Below are positions 27,310 to 39,729 of a stretch of DNA of 64,000 bases, piece by piece. The notes below the pieces were generated by a model. It searched no databases and was not told where the DNA came from. It saw only the letters and a program-made list of their open reading frames with translations. The position numbers and the translations under genes are program-made. The stretch is from the NCBI GenBank assembly GCA_951406725.2, contig OX597823.1, positions 35,960,001 to 36,024,000 on the forward strand, given 5' to 3'. Source of the DNA: Octopus vulgaris (Eukaryota). Position 1 is the first letter of the stretch. Every line of letters begins with the position of its first letter.

Positions 27310-28610
27310 CTACCGATCGCATTGGCCGCTTGGTGGAGAGCGGTGAGAGCTTGACGGCACTCGAGGTGCCAAGTGCCCTTTCTCGGTCTACGTTTGACTC
27401 AAGATTGCAGCTCGGTTAAAGAAACGAGCTGCGGTAAGTCGTGTCTGACGAACGGCGACGACACCTGCTCACCGTTCAGTAAACGCTTGAGATGCCGTAG
27501 CCTGAGCGCATGTCTGCGCATCAGCAACCACGGTACCTGACCAGTGGTACCTGACCCTTCCACAGAAAGTCGAAGAGCAAGCGCACCAGCTTGGCCAACC
27601 AGCGGTCAGGACAAGAGACGACGGTCAATCGGTAATAGATAACGGATGCGATGTACGCATTCACCACCTCCGCTCGACCTTTCAGGGACAGCTTCCTCTC
27701 GGCCCATTTCTGGGTGAGATTGGCCACCTTAATCGTCACTTCCTCTAAGTATTTCTCCACCGGAAGGTCCGGACTAAACGAGATCTCGAGCAGTTTAACG
27801 GGACCGTCTGTCCAGCGCGCTACGACGCTGTTAGACGGCATGGTCTTGCCCCTCCAGGTGCCTAGTTGCAAGCCCACCGACTATTCCGCGTGAATTTTTG
27901 CACCTGTCACCGCTTCGTACTCGTTTGGCGTATCGCCAATTACGTCAATGTGCCTGTGGCTCGACACCATCACGGTGACGTCGTCATCGCTTCTTGTACT
28001 CCCCAAGCAGATATCGGTCTTTCGCAGCACTCCGCCTCGTTGGCCGAGAGTCGTGGCAGGCCGTCCAGTTACACACCGAAGTCTGTCCCGTTGTCGGTCC
28101 CACCGCTCGTCCCGAATAGTAGAGCAAAGTGTTGCTGAAAGACCGCACATATCTGCTTCGGTTCGGAAACCTCGTACCCTTTCTGGTCCACCAAAGACTG
28201 AATGGTCGCTCTGTTGCCGCGCTTCGCCTCCGCCACGAGGGGGCCCATCGAGCGGCCTTAGTCCCCTCCCCACTTACCGAACGTGCCTTAGCTCTGACAA
28301 CGCAGCCTTCGTGTTTGGCGTCAAAGTGTTGGTCGAGAGCCAACCTGGCTGCCAACACGTCGGTTGCGATGCCTGTCCCAAGAGCCTCGTCTAGTTTCCT
28401 AACTAAATTCCGCTCTGTTTTCTTACGTTCTACAGCTAGAGCCTTACTAAACCTAATCGTTTCTGCTCTAATTGCCCTCTTGAAAGCAAACCACCAGTTG
28501 TCATTGATGATTGCCCCCGTCAACGCCCGCTTGACTAATAAACTAATCTGGTCTCTATAGGCTTTGCACACCGTTAACGACGCGTTTAGCTTCCAGTAAC
28601 CAGGACCCTG
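27310..28610 (-). mobile_element. Tx1-clade LINE ORF2 fragment with internal deletions
   Basis: GPGYWKLNASL, WWFAFKRAIR, DDVTVMV, TGAKI, WAERKLSLKGRAEVVNAYIASVIYY. Confidence 0.82.
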
Positions 28611-29221
28611 TCTATGGAGCTTATCTTGAGTGAGTGCAGTATACTAGCACAAAAGGAGTGTAAGAGTAGACACGACTGTGTAGGCAAAAGAGTGTATTGG
28701 GATGTTGGCCGAGTGTGTGACTTCAAAACAACAGAAAAGTGGCATGAACACGAACTAGAGGCTTTGATAGAAAATGAGAATTACAGAATCTTTTGGGATT
28801 TTCCCATAAAGACTGACCATGCTATTGAAGCAAGAAGGCCGGATATAATCATAGAGGACAAAATAATCAAGCAGTTTAAGGTCACAGATTTTGCAATTCC
28901 CTTTCACAGCAGAGACGATACCAAAGAAATTGAAGAAACTGAGATATATCAAGATCTAACCAGAAAGCTGAGAAGACTGTGGAAGACCAAGACAACAATT
29001 ATTACCGTAGTAACTGGTGCACTTTGTACAACACCCAGAATGCTACCTAAAAGACTGAAGGACATTGGAATTGAAATAAACTATTTGTGAATTGTATTGT
29101 GATATGCCTCAATCGAGACATGACGGACTGAAAGCCAATAATTCCTCATTTGTGAGGATCAATCATGAATCATGAGTTTCCAGTAACTTGGCTAATAAAA
29201 CTCCTCAATAATAATAATAAA
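28611..29221 (+). mobile_element. R4/Dong-like LINE 3' end (RLE domain)
   Basis: ILSECSILAQKECKSRHD...IFWDFPIKTDHAIEARRPDII...DFAIP...YQDL, ending in an (AAT) tail. Same family as 760-975. Confidence 0.85.
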
Positions 29222-29515
29222 AGTAGCGAATAGCAAAGTGCATCATCAAACTGTGAATAGTGAAAGCAATTAAGGTGCCAGATAACCAACCAAGCAGTCG
29301 AAAATCTGCGTCTTGTCGCTGATGATGCGTAGCATTTATCTGTGACCAATGAACAAAGCTTTCGAAGAGTCCAGCTGACCAAGATCTAAATAAGTAGAGT
29401 GTTACAAATGTTATATATCCATAGCTGTGAGTAATGGTAGAACAAGAGTAGCTAGCGAGAATTCCTTTCACTTGTAATGGGAAGTTTAAATACTGAAACT
29501 ATAGTAGACCAGTTA

Positions 29516-29562
<47 letters not shown>

Positions 29563-30026
29563 TCCCTCCCTCTCTCTTTCCGTCTTCCTCTCTCTATATA
29601 TATCCCTCTTTCACTCATAATTTGAGAGGGAGTCTCTCTCTCAAATCACGAGAGTCAGAGCTGAGCACCAGACTTGTAAATCAAACAGGTACTTTTAAGA
29701 TATTTTCCTGCTACGTATTACTTTTAATACTTTTGTTGTTTCGTCGCCTTCGACTATTAGGCAACCGATCGGTACGCCCTCAGATCATCCTGCATGGTCT
29801 GCAGCTGACTTAAGAAAGATATTTGGAACAACGTGAAAGAAAATGGTGATAGCACGAGGGGAATAGAGCGAATGCTGTGATCAGCAGAGCCAACTCGGTG
29901 CTAGACAGCGTAGCCGATCCAGATGATCCAGATGATCCAGGTGACTTTTGTCGTTGTTACTATTTTAATATTTTTTCTGCGACAATTCACTTTTAATGTT
30001 CTTGTTGTTGTCGTTATTCTTATTAG

Positions 30027-30106
30027 ATTGATCCTGTCTGGAAAGACACGGTCTTCAATTTACGGGATCTGACTCCAGAAGAAAACAAATTATTTCCAAA
30101 TTACAC
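30027..30106 (+). CDS. DAO: DAO/DDO family coding exon 3
   Basis: TATTAG acceptor; IDPVWKDTVFNLRDLTPEENKLFPNY(T), matching the DAO-type DPxWKDTVxxxRxLTPxE motif; GTAAGT donor; 80 nt, phase 0 to 2. Confidence 0.92.
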
Positions 30107-30127
30107 GTAAGTAATAATTACGTCAGT

Positions 30128-33100
30128 TTTTATTATTATTACTTTTCCTTCTTTCTTCAAATTTTCTTCCATTTCTCGCCGAGTGTTTTCCGTACACCTA
30201 GGGCAGAGAAGCTCATTGTATGCATTCTCAGATTACGTCTCTGTAACTTAGCAGTTCGGCAAAAGAGACCGATAGAATAAACACTAGGCTTACAAACAAT
30301 AAGTCCTGGTGTCGACTTGCTCGACTAAAGGCGATGCTCCAGCATGGCCGCAGTTAAATGACTGAAGTAAAAGAGTAAGTCTTTATATTTACTGATCTTG
30401 TCAAATTCTTTCGCCGCTATATTGTGATCGCAAGAAATACTCATGTCAATTAATAAACACACCTTTTTTGTCTGATCTTTTATAATAATATCCGGTTCAT
30501 TAGCTTTTATAGTTTTGTCGGTATGTACGGAGAGGTCCCAGAGAATCGACGCATTTTCTCCCTCAATCACAGTTTCAGGATGGTGTTTATACCATTTGTC
30601 AGCGGTTTTGATTTTATAATGCTGACATATTGTCCAGTGTAAATACTGGCCGACTCTGTCATGTCTTTCTGTATATTCTACAGGTGCTAAAACTCTTCAC
30701 TCTGAGATTAAGTGGTCTATAGTTTCAATCTCATCGTTACAGAATCGGCATTTTGGGTCAGCTCCATTTCTTATCACATTGGCTAGGTAGTTCTGGGTTA
30801 ATAAGCTTTGGTCTTGAGCAGCTAATATGAAACCTTCACTCTCTGCTTTTAGCCCTGAGCTTCGTAACCATTAATTCGTGTGTTTCTGGTCGACATCAGC
30901 TTGTTTGCTACGGGCCACATACTTGCCATGCAGAGGTTTCTGTTCCCATCTGCTAGCTAATTTTTCGTGTGCTTTTGTCTTTGCAATTAATTTTATTTTC
31001 TTTGCAGCAGCAGTTGGCGCATTTTCTTCAACCTGATCAATCTGGTAGGTATCTAAGAGATCAGTAGCGAATATTTTGCTCTCTTTCAGAATAGAGTGAA
31101 GTTTTTTCGGTCTTTCGTGTTTTTCAACAAGTTTTAGCTTCCAATCGTTGGCCAGTCCGATTTTGGTGGTTTTGTACGTAAGTTCAAGCTGGATCAAGCC
31201 TCGACCTATCTGAGCTCTGGGAAAGTAAAGACGATCCACGTCTACCTTTGGATCGTGCATCTTATTACAAGTCAGTAGCTTGCGGATTTTTCTGTCAATT
31301 TTCATTATTTCACTGGTATTCCAGTTAAGCACATTGAAGCTATAAAGAACAACTGGAACTAAGGAATTTATGGCTAACATATTATATGCATTCAACTCAG
31401 ACTTCAGGACTGCTCGAACTCTTCTATAACATTCCTTCCTAACCTTCTCTTTCATGCTTGCATGCTGGATACCAGAGCCTTCATTTATTCCTAGGTATTT
31501 ATAGGTTTGTTCCTGCTCAAGTTCCTTTATTACTCTTTCGACATCTAATTCGATTGAACTTGACTTTACCGATTTCCCTTTCTTTAAAAGTGGCTTTGGC
31601 ACGCTTTTCAAGGCCAAATTCCATCCCGATATCATCACTGAATTCTTTCACAGTATGTAGTAGTCCTTTAAGCTCTTCATCATCTTTGCCATATAGTTTT
31701 AAATCATCCATATAAAATAGATGGCTTATTTTCCTGTTGTCAATTTTGTAGCCATAACCTGTTCTATTCAGTTCACTTGAGAGTGGTATTAGTGCTATGC
31801 AGAAAATTAGTGGTAAAAGTGAGTTACCTTGGGAAATGCCACAGTTTATGCTAATGTTGTTTGAGTGCAATACTCTATTAGAATGATATAATTGGAGCTT
31901 CGTGCTCCATAACTTTAAAAAATCTGAAACCACAGGAGAAATTTTGAAAATGTCCAGCGATTTCAGAATCCACGAATGTGGTATGCTGTCAAAGGCTTTT
32001 TTATAATCAATCCATGAAGAGCTGAGATTTCTGCGCTTATTATGGAAGTTCTCAAGGATCATGCGATTGATTAGGAGCTGATCTTAGCATCCGTATGAGC
32101 CTCGTCTGAATCCTTTTTGTTCAGTGGGAAAGAGGTTATTCTCTTCTATAAACGTATATGTTTTCTCCACTGGAATAGATGTCAAAATCTTATAGGTAGT
32201 AGAAAAACATGTTATAGGCCGGCAGTTTTTGGGGTCTTTGGTTTCGTTATTTTTGGGAAGGAGGTAAGTAATACTATTTGCTATCTAATGGGGAGTTTTT
32301 TCCGGATCTTTCATAATACTATTAAATAGCATTACTAACATTTTGCGTGCGGACGAGAGTGATGAGAGCCAGAAATTTTGTACTCTATCAATACCAGGGG
32401 ATTTCCACTTATGAGCCTTCGTTAGTGCCCTCCTTAGGTTAGCGATTGAGATGTCTTCCCATGCCTGTTGTAGATTTTTGTAGGCATCTTGGGTACATTT
32501 GATCCAGTTTGCATTTTCATTGTATGGTTTCTCATCACTCCAGATCCCTTTCCAAAAGTTTTCAACTTCTTCCATTGGGGGTGGATTTTCAATGGTTATT
32601 TTTTCTTTCCTTATTTCCCTGTAAAGTGATTTGGCATTGGATTTGAACATCTTATTTTGCTTGTAGTATTTAATTCTTTTCTCAAATCTGCGTATTCTCA
32701 AAGCTTTTGCTTGAACTTTTTGCTTAAGTGTTTCTTTCTCTGACATTAGTTCTTCTCTTGTTGAGAGTCCATATTTTCTCACAATCTTCCTGCCTTTTCT
32801 TGATCTTACTCCATTTCCAGAGATTAGCTCAGTTAATATTGATATCTCCCTTCGCAATGATTCAATCTCAGTTTCAATTCTACTCCCCAGTTTGATTTTC
32901 TTTTTGAATTTGGTATCGTTGGCTTTTTGGGTATTAAACAACGTCTTTCGATTACCTTAGCAACAGAGTAAATAATTCCATTTAACTTATTAAGATTAGG
33001 TTTTAGTTGTTGTATGATTTCTTGTGTAGCGCAGTTGCCAATTTTTAATTGTGTTTTATATTGGTGTGCATTTGAGAGTTTATGGAGTGGTTCCCTATCA

Positions 33101-33525
33101 TTCATATTTGTATACCCTACAACTGCAAGCTCATTCAGAACTTCCTGCTTCATTTCAATGATAGATTTTCTGTGTTGTTCAGCAAATTTGTGGTCTTCGA
33201 ATTCTGTTTCGACATCATTTTCCTGGCTGTTTTTTCTAGGGTCATTATATTTTCCTTTTTCTTCAGGCTCTTAAGTAGTTTCGGCAGATGGTCGCCTTTC
33301 AGTCAATGCTTGTGGTCCAACATTCCTCTCCTCTCCTCTGCTTGGTTATTTCTTTCCTGACTTACATTTAGGTCATCCTCTACCACTTTTTTAAAAGAGG
33401 TTAATTCTGCATCTGTGAGTCTGGTATTTCTGAAAATATCTATTCTAACATTTGCTAATCTGTTTTCATCCAGGTTTGGTCTGCTAGCTGGATTCCGGCT
33501 CCTTCAAACTCTGTAGCTGCTTGCG
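30128..33525 (-). mobile_element. Near full-length R4/Dong-like LINE in DAO intron 3
   Basis: N-terminal region, RT (WIDYKKAFDSIPH, GISQGNSL, HLFYMDDLKLY), CRFC zinc knuckle and RLE (ILWD...NEPDIII...IDMSI). Many frameshifts. A SINE fragment interrupts it at 30240-30375. The 3' end lies about 20 bp from the exon 3 donor. Confidence 0.92.
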
Positions 33526-33547
33526 GTGTGTTTTTCCTGAATAAGAG

Positions 33548-33797
33548 CTTTCTGAAAAAGAGCTTTACTCGAAACATAAAACATTCTTTCTTTCCTTCTT
33601 TGGGCGTCTTATTAATACTTTCCATCTACCACTGTTTTTTTTTGTCTTTTTTCTCCGTTTTTCTTATTAAATATTTACCGCACGCCCACATGGACCCCCA
33701 TCCTTCCGACTGGCTTTGGAATACCTAATTTGCGGAATTCTTTCTACCATCGGATTACATCACCTTATTCATTTGGAGTACGCCATTTCTGCACCTT

Positions 33798-33864
<67 letters not shown>

Positions 33865-33949
33865 TGATTTTTTCTCCTCTGTCTTCCCTTCTCTGGATCT
33901 TTTCTTCTCCTATGTTTCCGACGAAGAGCTCCGCTCGAAACGTTAAGCC
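33548..33949 (+). ncRNA. Two tandem minimal (Penelope-type) hammerhead motifs
   Basis: 33552: CUGAAAA-A-GAGC-UUU-ACUC-GAAAC-AUA-AAAC. 33918: CCGACGA-A-GAGC-UCC-GCUC-GAAAC-GUU-AAGC. Each is followed by a related pyrimidine-rich flank. Confidence 0.6.
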
Positions 33950-34044
33950 CTCCTTCTTCCCTTCCTTCCTGAGCGCCCAATAATACTATATTTGTTCAAC
34001 GTCCTCGCGTTGTTGTAACTCTTTGTGTTTTCATGTTTGGATTA

Positions 34045-34142
<98 letters not shown>

Positions 34143-34168
34143 TGTATGTATGTATGTATGTTATGTCA

Positions 34169-34246
34169 GGTCACTTTCGAGTGCTACTGGTAACATGTAA
34201 CCCAGTACAACCTGTTGCATGGTCGGGTCGTCGGCGACTAAACCGG
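34169..34246 (+). ncRNA. HDV-like ribozyme fold (degenerate)
   Basis: P1 GGUCAC(34169-74)/AUGGUC(34219-24); P2 CCAGU(34202-06)/ACCGG(34242-46); P3 ACA/UGC with an ACC loop; P1.1 CC/GG(34225-26); P4 hairpin UCG-UCGG-CGA; J4/2 C-UAA with the putative catalytic C at 34238. Confidence 0.6.
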
Positions 34247-34711
34247 CAACCCTACCAAGCTTACTTGGTGAGGAGGGTGTTTATGGACACCCTGCGGGAT
34301 GAAAAACAAAACCCGTCAAAGAGGAATTCTTGAGAGTCAACGGCCATCCAATAAATGTCTTATGGCTGTATCATGCGCGGGGACATAGAAATAATCGGAC
34401 TGAATACCCGATCGCGCGGTTAAAACCATTGGGAGTGAAGGACTCCTAGCCTTTGTTAGGGCATCCTTCTAGGAGAAGGTAACTCAGGTAACTGGGATAA
34501 CTCCGATATAAAACCTGCGGCTCAGTGGTTACCGATGATGTTGACTTGTTCTTCTTTTCGGATCATGGCTGCTGTTGCTTAGTGAGTGGGATTGACTCAC
34601 TTCACAGCCTTTCCTCACTTTAAAAAAATCTTTTTGCACAGGCATTGCACGATAACAACATTGATTAAACTTCGTGCAATGGCCATACTCGATAACGAGG
34701 GGGCAGCTACC
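34169..34711 (+). mobile_element. Non-autonomous bipartite RTE-derived retroelement (5'UTR plus 3' tail, no ORF)
   Basis: Contains the RTE 5'UTR-like motif CTCCTAGCCTT..AGGGCATCC..CTAGGAGAAGGTAACTC. The 3' end resembles the end of the RTE at about 15955-16000. Flanked on both sides by (TATG)n. Confidence 0.6.
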
Positions 34712-35482
34712 ATGTATGTATGTATGCATGTATGTATGTATGTATGTATGTATGTATGTATGTATGTATGTATATGTGTGTGTATATATATATGTGTGTG
34801 TATGCATGTGTATGTGTGTGTGTCTAAGTATTATTTATAATATACATATATATATAATATATATGACATATTATATGATGTAAATATATAATGCAATGTT
34901 TTATAGATTTATAATACATCTATTATATAAGACCTATCATAGATTATTGGATATCATAATCTATGTTAATACGCCTCTCCACATTAACAAGGATTAAAGC
35001 AAAAAGACATCCATCTAAATGGCATATATAGATTTTCATTCAACACGTCTGATTTGTGTTTTGGCCAAAATATCAAAATATGCCAGGGAGTTGACCGTCT
35101 CTCAGTGTGCAAGAAATACGATCGACATTGGAGATATGTGAAGCATGGGGTGTGAGAATAAAATGTTATTTACAATAATCGATATTGACCTCAATATTTG
35201 CTTAGAATTTTATTAAAGGCCAACTAGTGGAAGACAAGATCATCTTCTATGGAATTTGGACTCAGACCTTAAAGGGACGAGACCAAATACCACAAAGTGT
35301 TTTACCCAAGACACCACCAACTCTGCCAATTCACCTTCCATGTGCCAATAATAAATAGTGCATTCACCGAATGAAGAAATATCGAAATCCTTAAAAAATT
35401 TAATGTCGCTCGGTTATTAAAGTCAGAAACAGCGACTTTCTAAAGATTGTCAAATTTAATATAACTTTTGTTTGTTTTTCAG

Positions 35483-35548
35483 GAATAATAAATTTTTCAC
35501 TAGCATTCTAGTTTCTGCTTCTATCTACATGGAATGGTTAATGGGAAG
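35483..35548 (+). CDS. DAO: DAO/DDO family coding exon 4
   Basis: TTTTTCAG acceptor; NNKFFTSILVSASIYMEWLMG(R); GTGAGT donor; 66 nt, phase 2 to 2. Confidence 0.9.
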
Positions 35549-35760
35549 GTGAGTAAATCTTCTTTATTTCTATTTTTCTTTTTTTACATTCAAGCTTAAA
35601 AACATACATGCACACATCCACATGCACATATACAATGAATGAATCAACACCAGGATTAATTTTTAAAAACCTGGTACGTAAACACACCAACACCAGTTGT
35701 CAAGCAATGGTGGGGATATACACAGACACGAAGAATCAAGCACACACACACATATACATA

Positions 35761-35893
<133 letters not shown>

Positions 35894-36348
35894 AACATTA
35901 TTACTCATGAGAGATAACAATGTTAGTGGCAGCAAGTTTAAAACTGTATAGGCAAAATTAATAGATATATATTAGAATTATATATAACAAGGGCGCTATG
36001 AAGCACCAGCTTTGCTAAAATTAGGAGTCAAAAATACTCCATAGCCACAAAAATTAACACTAGATTTTCACAAGCATGGTTGGAAAAAAACTAAGTGAAT
36101 AAGGATTGCGTCTTACCTCTGCAAAACTACAAGAAGGAATGCCAGTTAACCTGGTATCATGATTTCGAATTTAGTGTCAAAAGCACTTGATTCTCTTCAT
36201 CTAAGTTTACTCATAACAAACCTCTATATCACTTCAACCAATGCCTATGTCTGTTTCAGTGCCCAACCCGCATTCAGCAAACGAACTAAGTTAATAAATA
36301 TGTAAATATATAAAGAATATTTATGCCAACTTGATATTCAAAATATGT

Positions 36349-36720
36349 ACAGAAACTGGAGAAGTACTGATTAGCAACAATTGACTTACATCAATTATTA
36401 TTTATCAATTCAATGCAAATAGACTGCATCCCATCTAACAGCTGTTTCTGCCTCCAATGTTGTATGGTATTCCAATGTTATATGATATTCAGAATATGTA
36501 AAAATATTTATCATATTTGGTAATAAATTGGTTCTTTCAGATCGATTTTATTACCAATTATGATTAATAATTTTACATATTTTGAATATCAATAATAATA
36601 ATAATAATAACATTGGAAGCAGAAACAGCTATTAAAGGGATGCAGTCTATTTGCATTGAATTAATAAATAATAATTTATGTATGTCAATTGTTGTTAATC
36701 AGTACTTCTCCATTTTCTGT
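36349..36720. repeat. Long fold-back inverted repeat (about 370 bp total)
   Basis: GGAGAAGTACTGATTA...CAATGCAAATAGACTGCATCCC / GGGATGCAGTCTATTTGCATTG...TAATCAGTACTTCTCC, continuing inward to a short loop near 36535. Confidence 0.85.
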
Positions 36721-36995
36721 TTTCTTTAAATTTTGATTATTGATAAACCCTATTTTATCCTTGTCTTTACCTATAACTTATGAACATAATATATTTTCAT
36801 ATGTATGTCCATGGTTAAAAACAAGTGATATACCGGCAGTGTAATGGATACTTCTATCCCTTAGACGGTTATTTTTAACCTCTAACTCAACTAACCTGTA
36901 TATATGCATAATATAAGCACCAGCATGTCCTCAGCCTCTGGCTGAAACCCGTGAAAGATAAAAGATATAATATAACACACACACACACACACATA

Positions 36996-38118
36996 CACTG
37001 AACCGCAAAAGAAACGCGTGACGTGTGTGACTGTGAAATATGTTTTAATTTCATTATGTCAGAGATGACTTTTAATAAATCTGATAACGTCAATTTCTTG
37101 GATGCACTTTGAACCCAGTCTATGGATCGTTGTTATGTGTTCTGGTAGTGAGCGGATCCATCACATCGAGATTGTAGAGTATGACATGTTCAATACTGTG
37201 TATTCCCTCCCTGGGTGTTCAAAGCGGTCATACACCGTCGATACATGGAGTGCATGAGGCGGTTCACAAAAGCTATTAGCAACTGTGCCCAGACCCTGAG
37301 GAAAGCTACCTCCAGTTCCACACGAGTCGTCGACCTTGGAACCACCTGATTCAGCCGTCACTCGGTTTTATCCCACAGGTGTTCAAATGGGTTCAAATCC
37401 GAGCTGAGAGCCGGCCACGGCACGGCTCTGATCTTGTGTTGAGGCAGGAAGTCCCTCTGCTTGCACCAACATTTTGGAATACATGGGGCCCAATTCTTTG
37501 ATTCAGGCCTATAGCACCCTAAACCATGATGCTTTTGCCACCTCACGCGTCCCTCTCCATGACATATGCGTTTCTGTAGCGTTCACCCCTCCTACGCCAC
37601 ACCCTCACTCTGCCATCCGAGGTGGAAACGCAGTACCGGCTCTCGTCAGAGAAGACTATCGACCTCCATTGTTGATACCGCCAATGTCGGTGCTGTGTAA
37701 TCCATTGTAGTCATGCCTGATGGTGGTGGGCGGTGAGGACAGGCCCTCGAGCAGGACGACGGCAACACAGGTTTTGGCGGCCAGTCGATGTCGTACCGTG
37801 TCGTCGCTGATGGGTCACTGCTTAGTGCCAATATTCTCACGAGCTGTCACACTGGTCAGTCTGAAGCGATCACAGAGGTGTTGCAAGTGGATGAAGTGGT
37901 CCTGTCTGGACGTGGTCACCCAGGGGGGGCCCTCTGCAAGCACGGTCTGCAGTGCTGTTGGTGTTGTATCGCTGTTGCAGGCGATAGATGGTGCTGACAT
38001 GGACACTGTAAGCTTTCACATCAACCAGGGCACGCTGCCCCACTTGCAATCGGCCGATAGCTTGTTCTCTCTGCGCTGCTGACAATCGGGTCATACCTGA
38101 TGCGTCCTAATAACGAAT
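36996..38118 (-). mobile_element. Tc1-like transposon, degraded; one TIR visible
   Basis: TA+CACTGAACCGCAAAAGAAACGC terminus; N-terminal MTRLSAAQREQAIGRL...VHVSTIYRL (ATG 38094); C-terminal WPALSSDLNPFEHLWD. Confidence 0.82.
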
Positions 38119-39712
38119 CTATTTTTTTATTCTCCACTAAGGGATAAGACATAGATTGGACACTACAAAGAGAGACAAGATAGCACAAACAAAAAAGTGA
38201 GGGGAAAAAAACGAATGAAAAATGGATTTATGATAACAGATGAGAAAGGTGAAATGATAATTACACGGACCCCACGACCCATGCAACGTCATTGAAATTA
38301 TACAGAAATTTACAGATAATTTTTAGTCTTGCGTGATAATTGAACGGTCACTATTTAATTTGAGTCTCTGAGGGTGCTTTACTGTGATGACGGTGTAGTA
38401 TTTTTTTTCTTTTGTGAGTGTGTGTGTAACTGGTTTGCAAGTTTTAGTAATTGGATTCGAAGAGTTTTGTGTCTTTTTTGTGTGTTTGGTCTTGTGTATC
38501 CGTTTTTATATTTTTAATGTTCGTATGAGGTGGGTATTTTTTCCTCTCCCTCTTTGTCATCGACCAGTCATTGTCCCTTACCTCCATTGAGGTATATGGA
38601 ATATCCATTGTAGACTCCCTCTGTCTATCCTCCTCTTTTTCTACTGATTTCTCTACTGTGTTCCGCTTGGTTATTTCTTTCCTTGAGGGATTCTCTTCAG
38701 GTGTCGTCTTCTCTCCTTCACTTTGTTGTACAATGGGTGCTGCCTTTCTTTTTGTCTGTGCTGCTGTATGTTCTTCAGGTGGCAGGGCCTGAGGGCACGT
38801 TGCTTTTGTGTGGCCTTTCAGCCCGCACCTGAAGTACCTTAGGCTTCTGCCCGGAACCATTATCCTTAACTTTGTTTCGTCGGGTAGAATGACAAATTCT
38901 GGGATCTCTTCTAGATCCCTAACTTTTGCCGCACCACTTTTGTAAGATTTTGCTTTCAACTTGAAGAAGGGTTACCTCCTCTTTTATATTCACACATATG
39001 GCTGCTATTAGCCAAGCCGGACTGATTTCTGGCGGATAATCTTCAATTACTATTTTCGCTGTTCGTTTTCTCTAATAAGTCGGCAGCAGCACCAGCTCCG
39101 CCGACTGAAGGGTTATTGCTGATACCTCTTTTGCATCAACTTCGGAGACGAATGGCACTTCCACCGTGCCAAACTTCCTTCCTCTTTTTACGAACGAAAA
39201 CTTGTGCTGAATGATTTTTAAACATTCTTCAATTGCCTCTCTAGACACCATCTCTATCTTTTTCGTCTTTAGCGACAGCGTCCTGTAGACGATCGTTCTT
39301 ATTGCGATGCTTTGTGTAACTTCTTCTGCGGCTAGGTCAGTCTCACATTGACTCCCTCCCCCTGTAGAATTGGGTCAAATTTCCTTACTGCTATCGGTCT
39401 GATAGTGTGTCTTTTTTTATAGTTACCGACGGTGGCCGCATATTCTCTTTTTTTCATTTTCCGACTCGGAGTTCTCAATCACACAAAGTTCGTACACGTC
39501 ATACCTGCAGACCGTATTTTCCATTTTTATGTAAGAACAAACTTCTTACACAAAAACAAAATCGAGGGAACAAATAGATAAACAAAGCTTGCTGAAAATG
39601 ACACAAAGCAGTCAATCACAGAAAGGGAAAAAAAACTGCAACAACTACAAATAAAACAGTACTCAACAGTAAGAATAGCATTCTATCACTTCCAAAATAA
39701 CCCACTTGAATG
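38119..39712 (-). mobile_element. ORF1-only Tx1-clade element (HAL1-like), flanked by a 17-bp duplication
   Basis: T-rich 5'UTR, ORF1 with an RRM-like region and a FRCGLKGHTKATCP knuckle, directly followed by a 3'UTR and A-rich tail. Flanks GCGTCCTAATAACGAAT (38102-18) and GCGTCCAAATTACGAAT (39713-29). Confidence 0.72.
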
Positions 39713-39729
39713 GCGTCCAAATTACGAAT

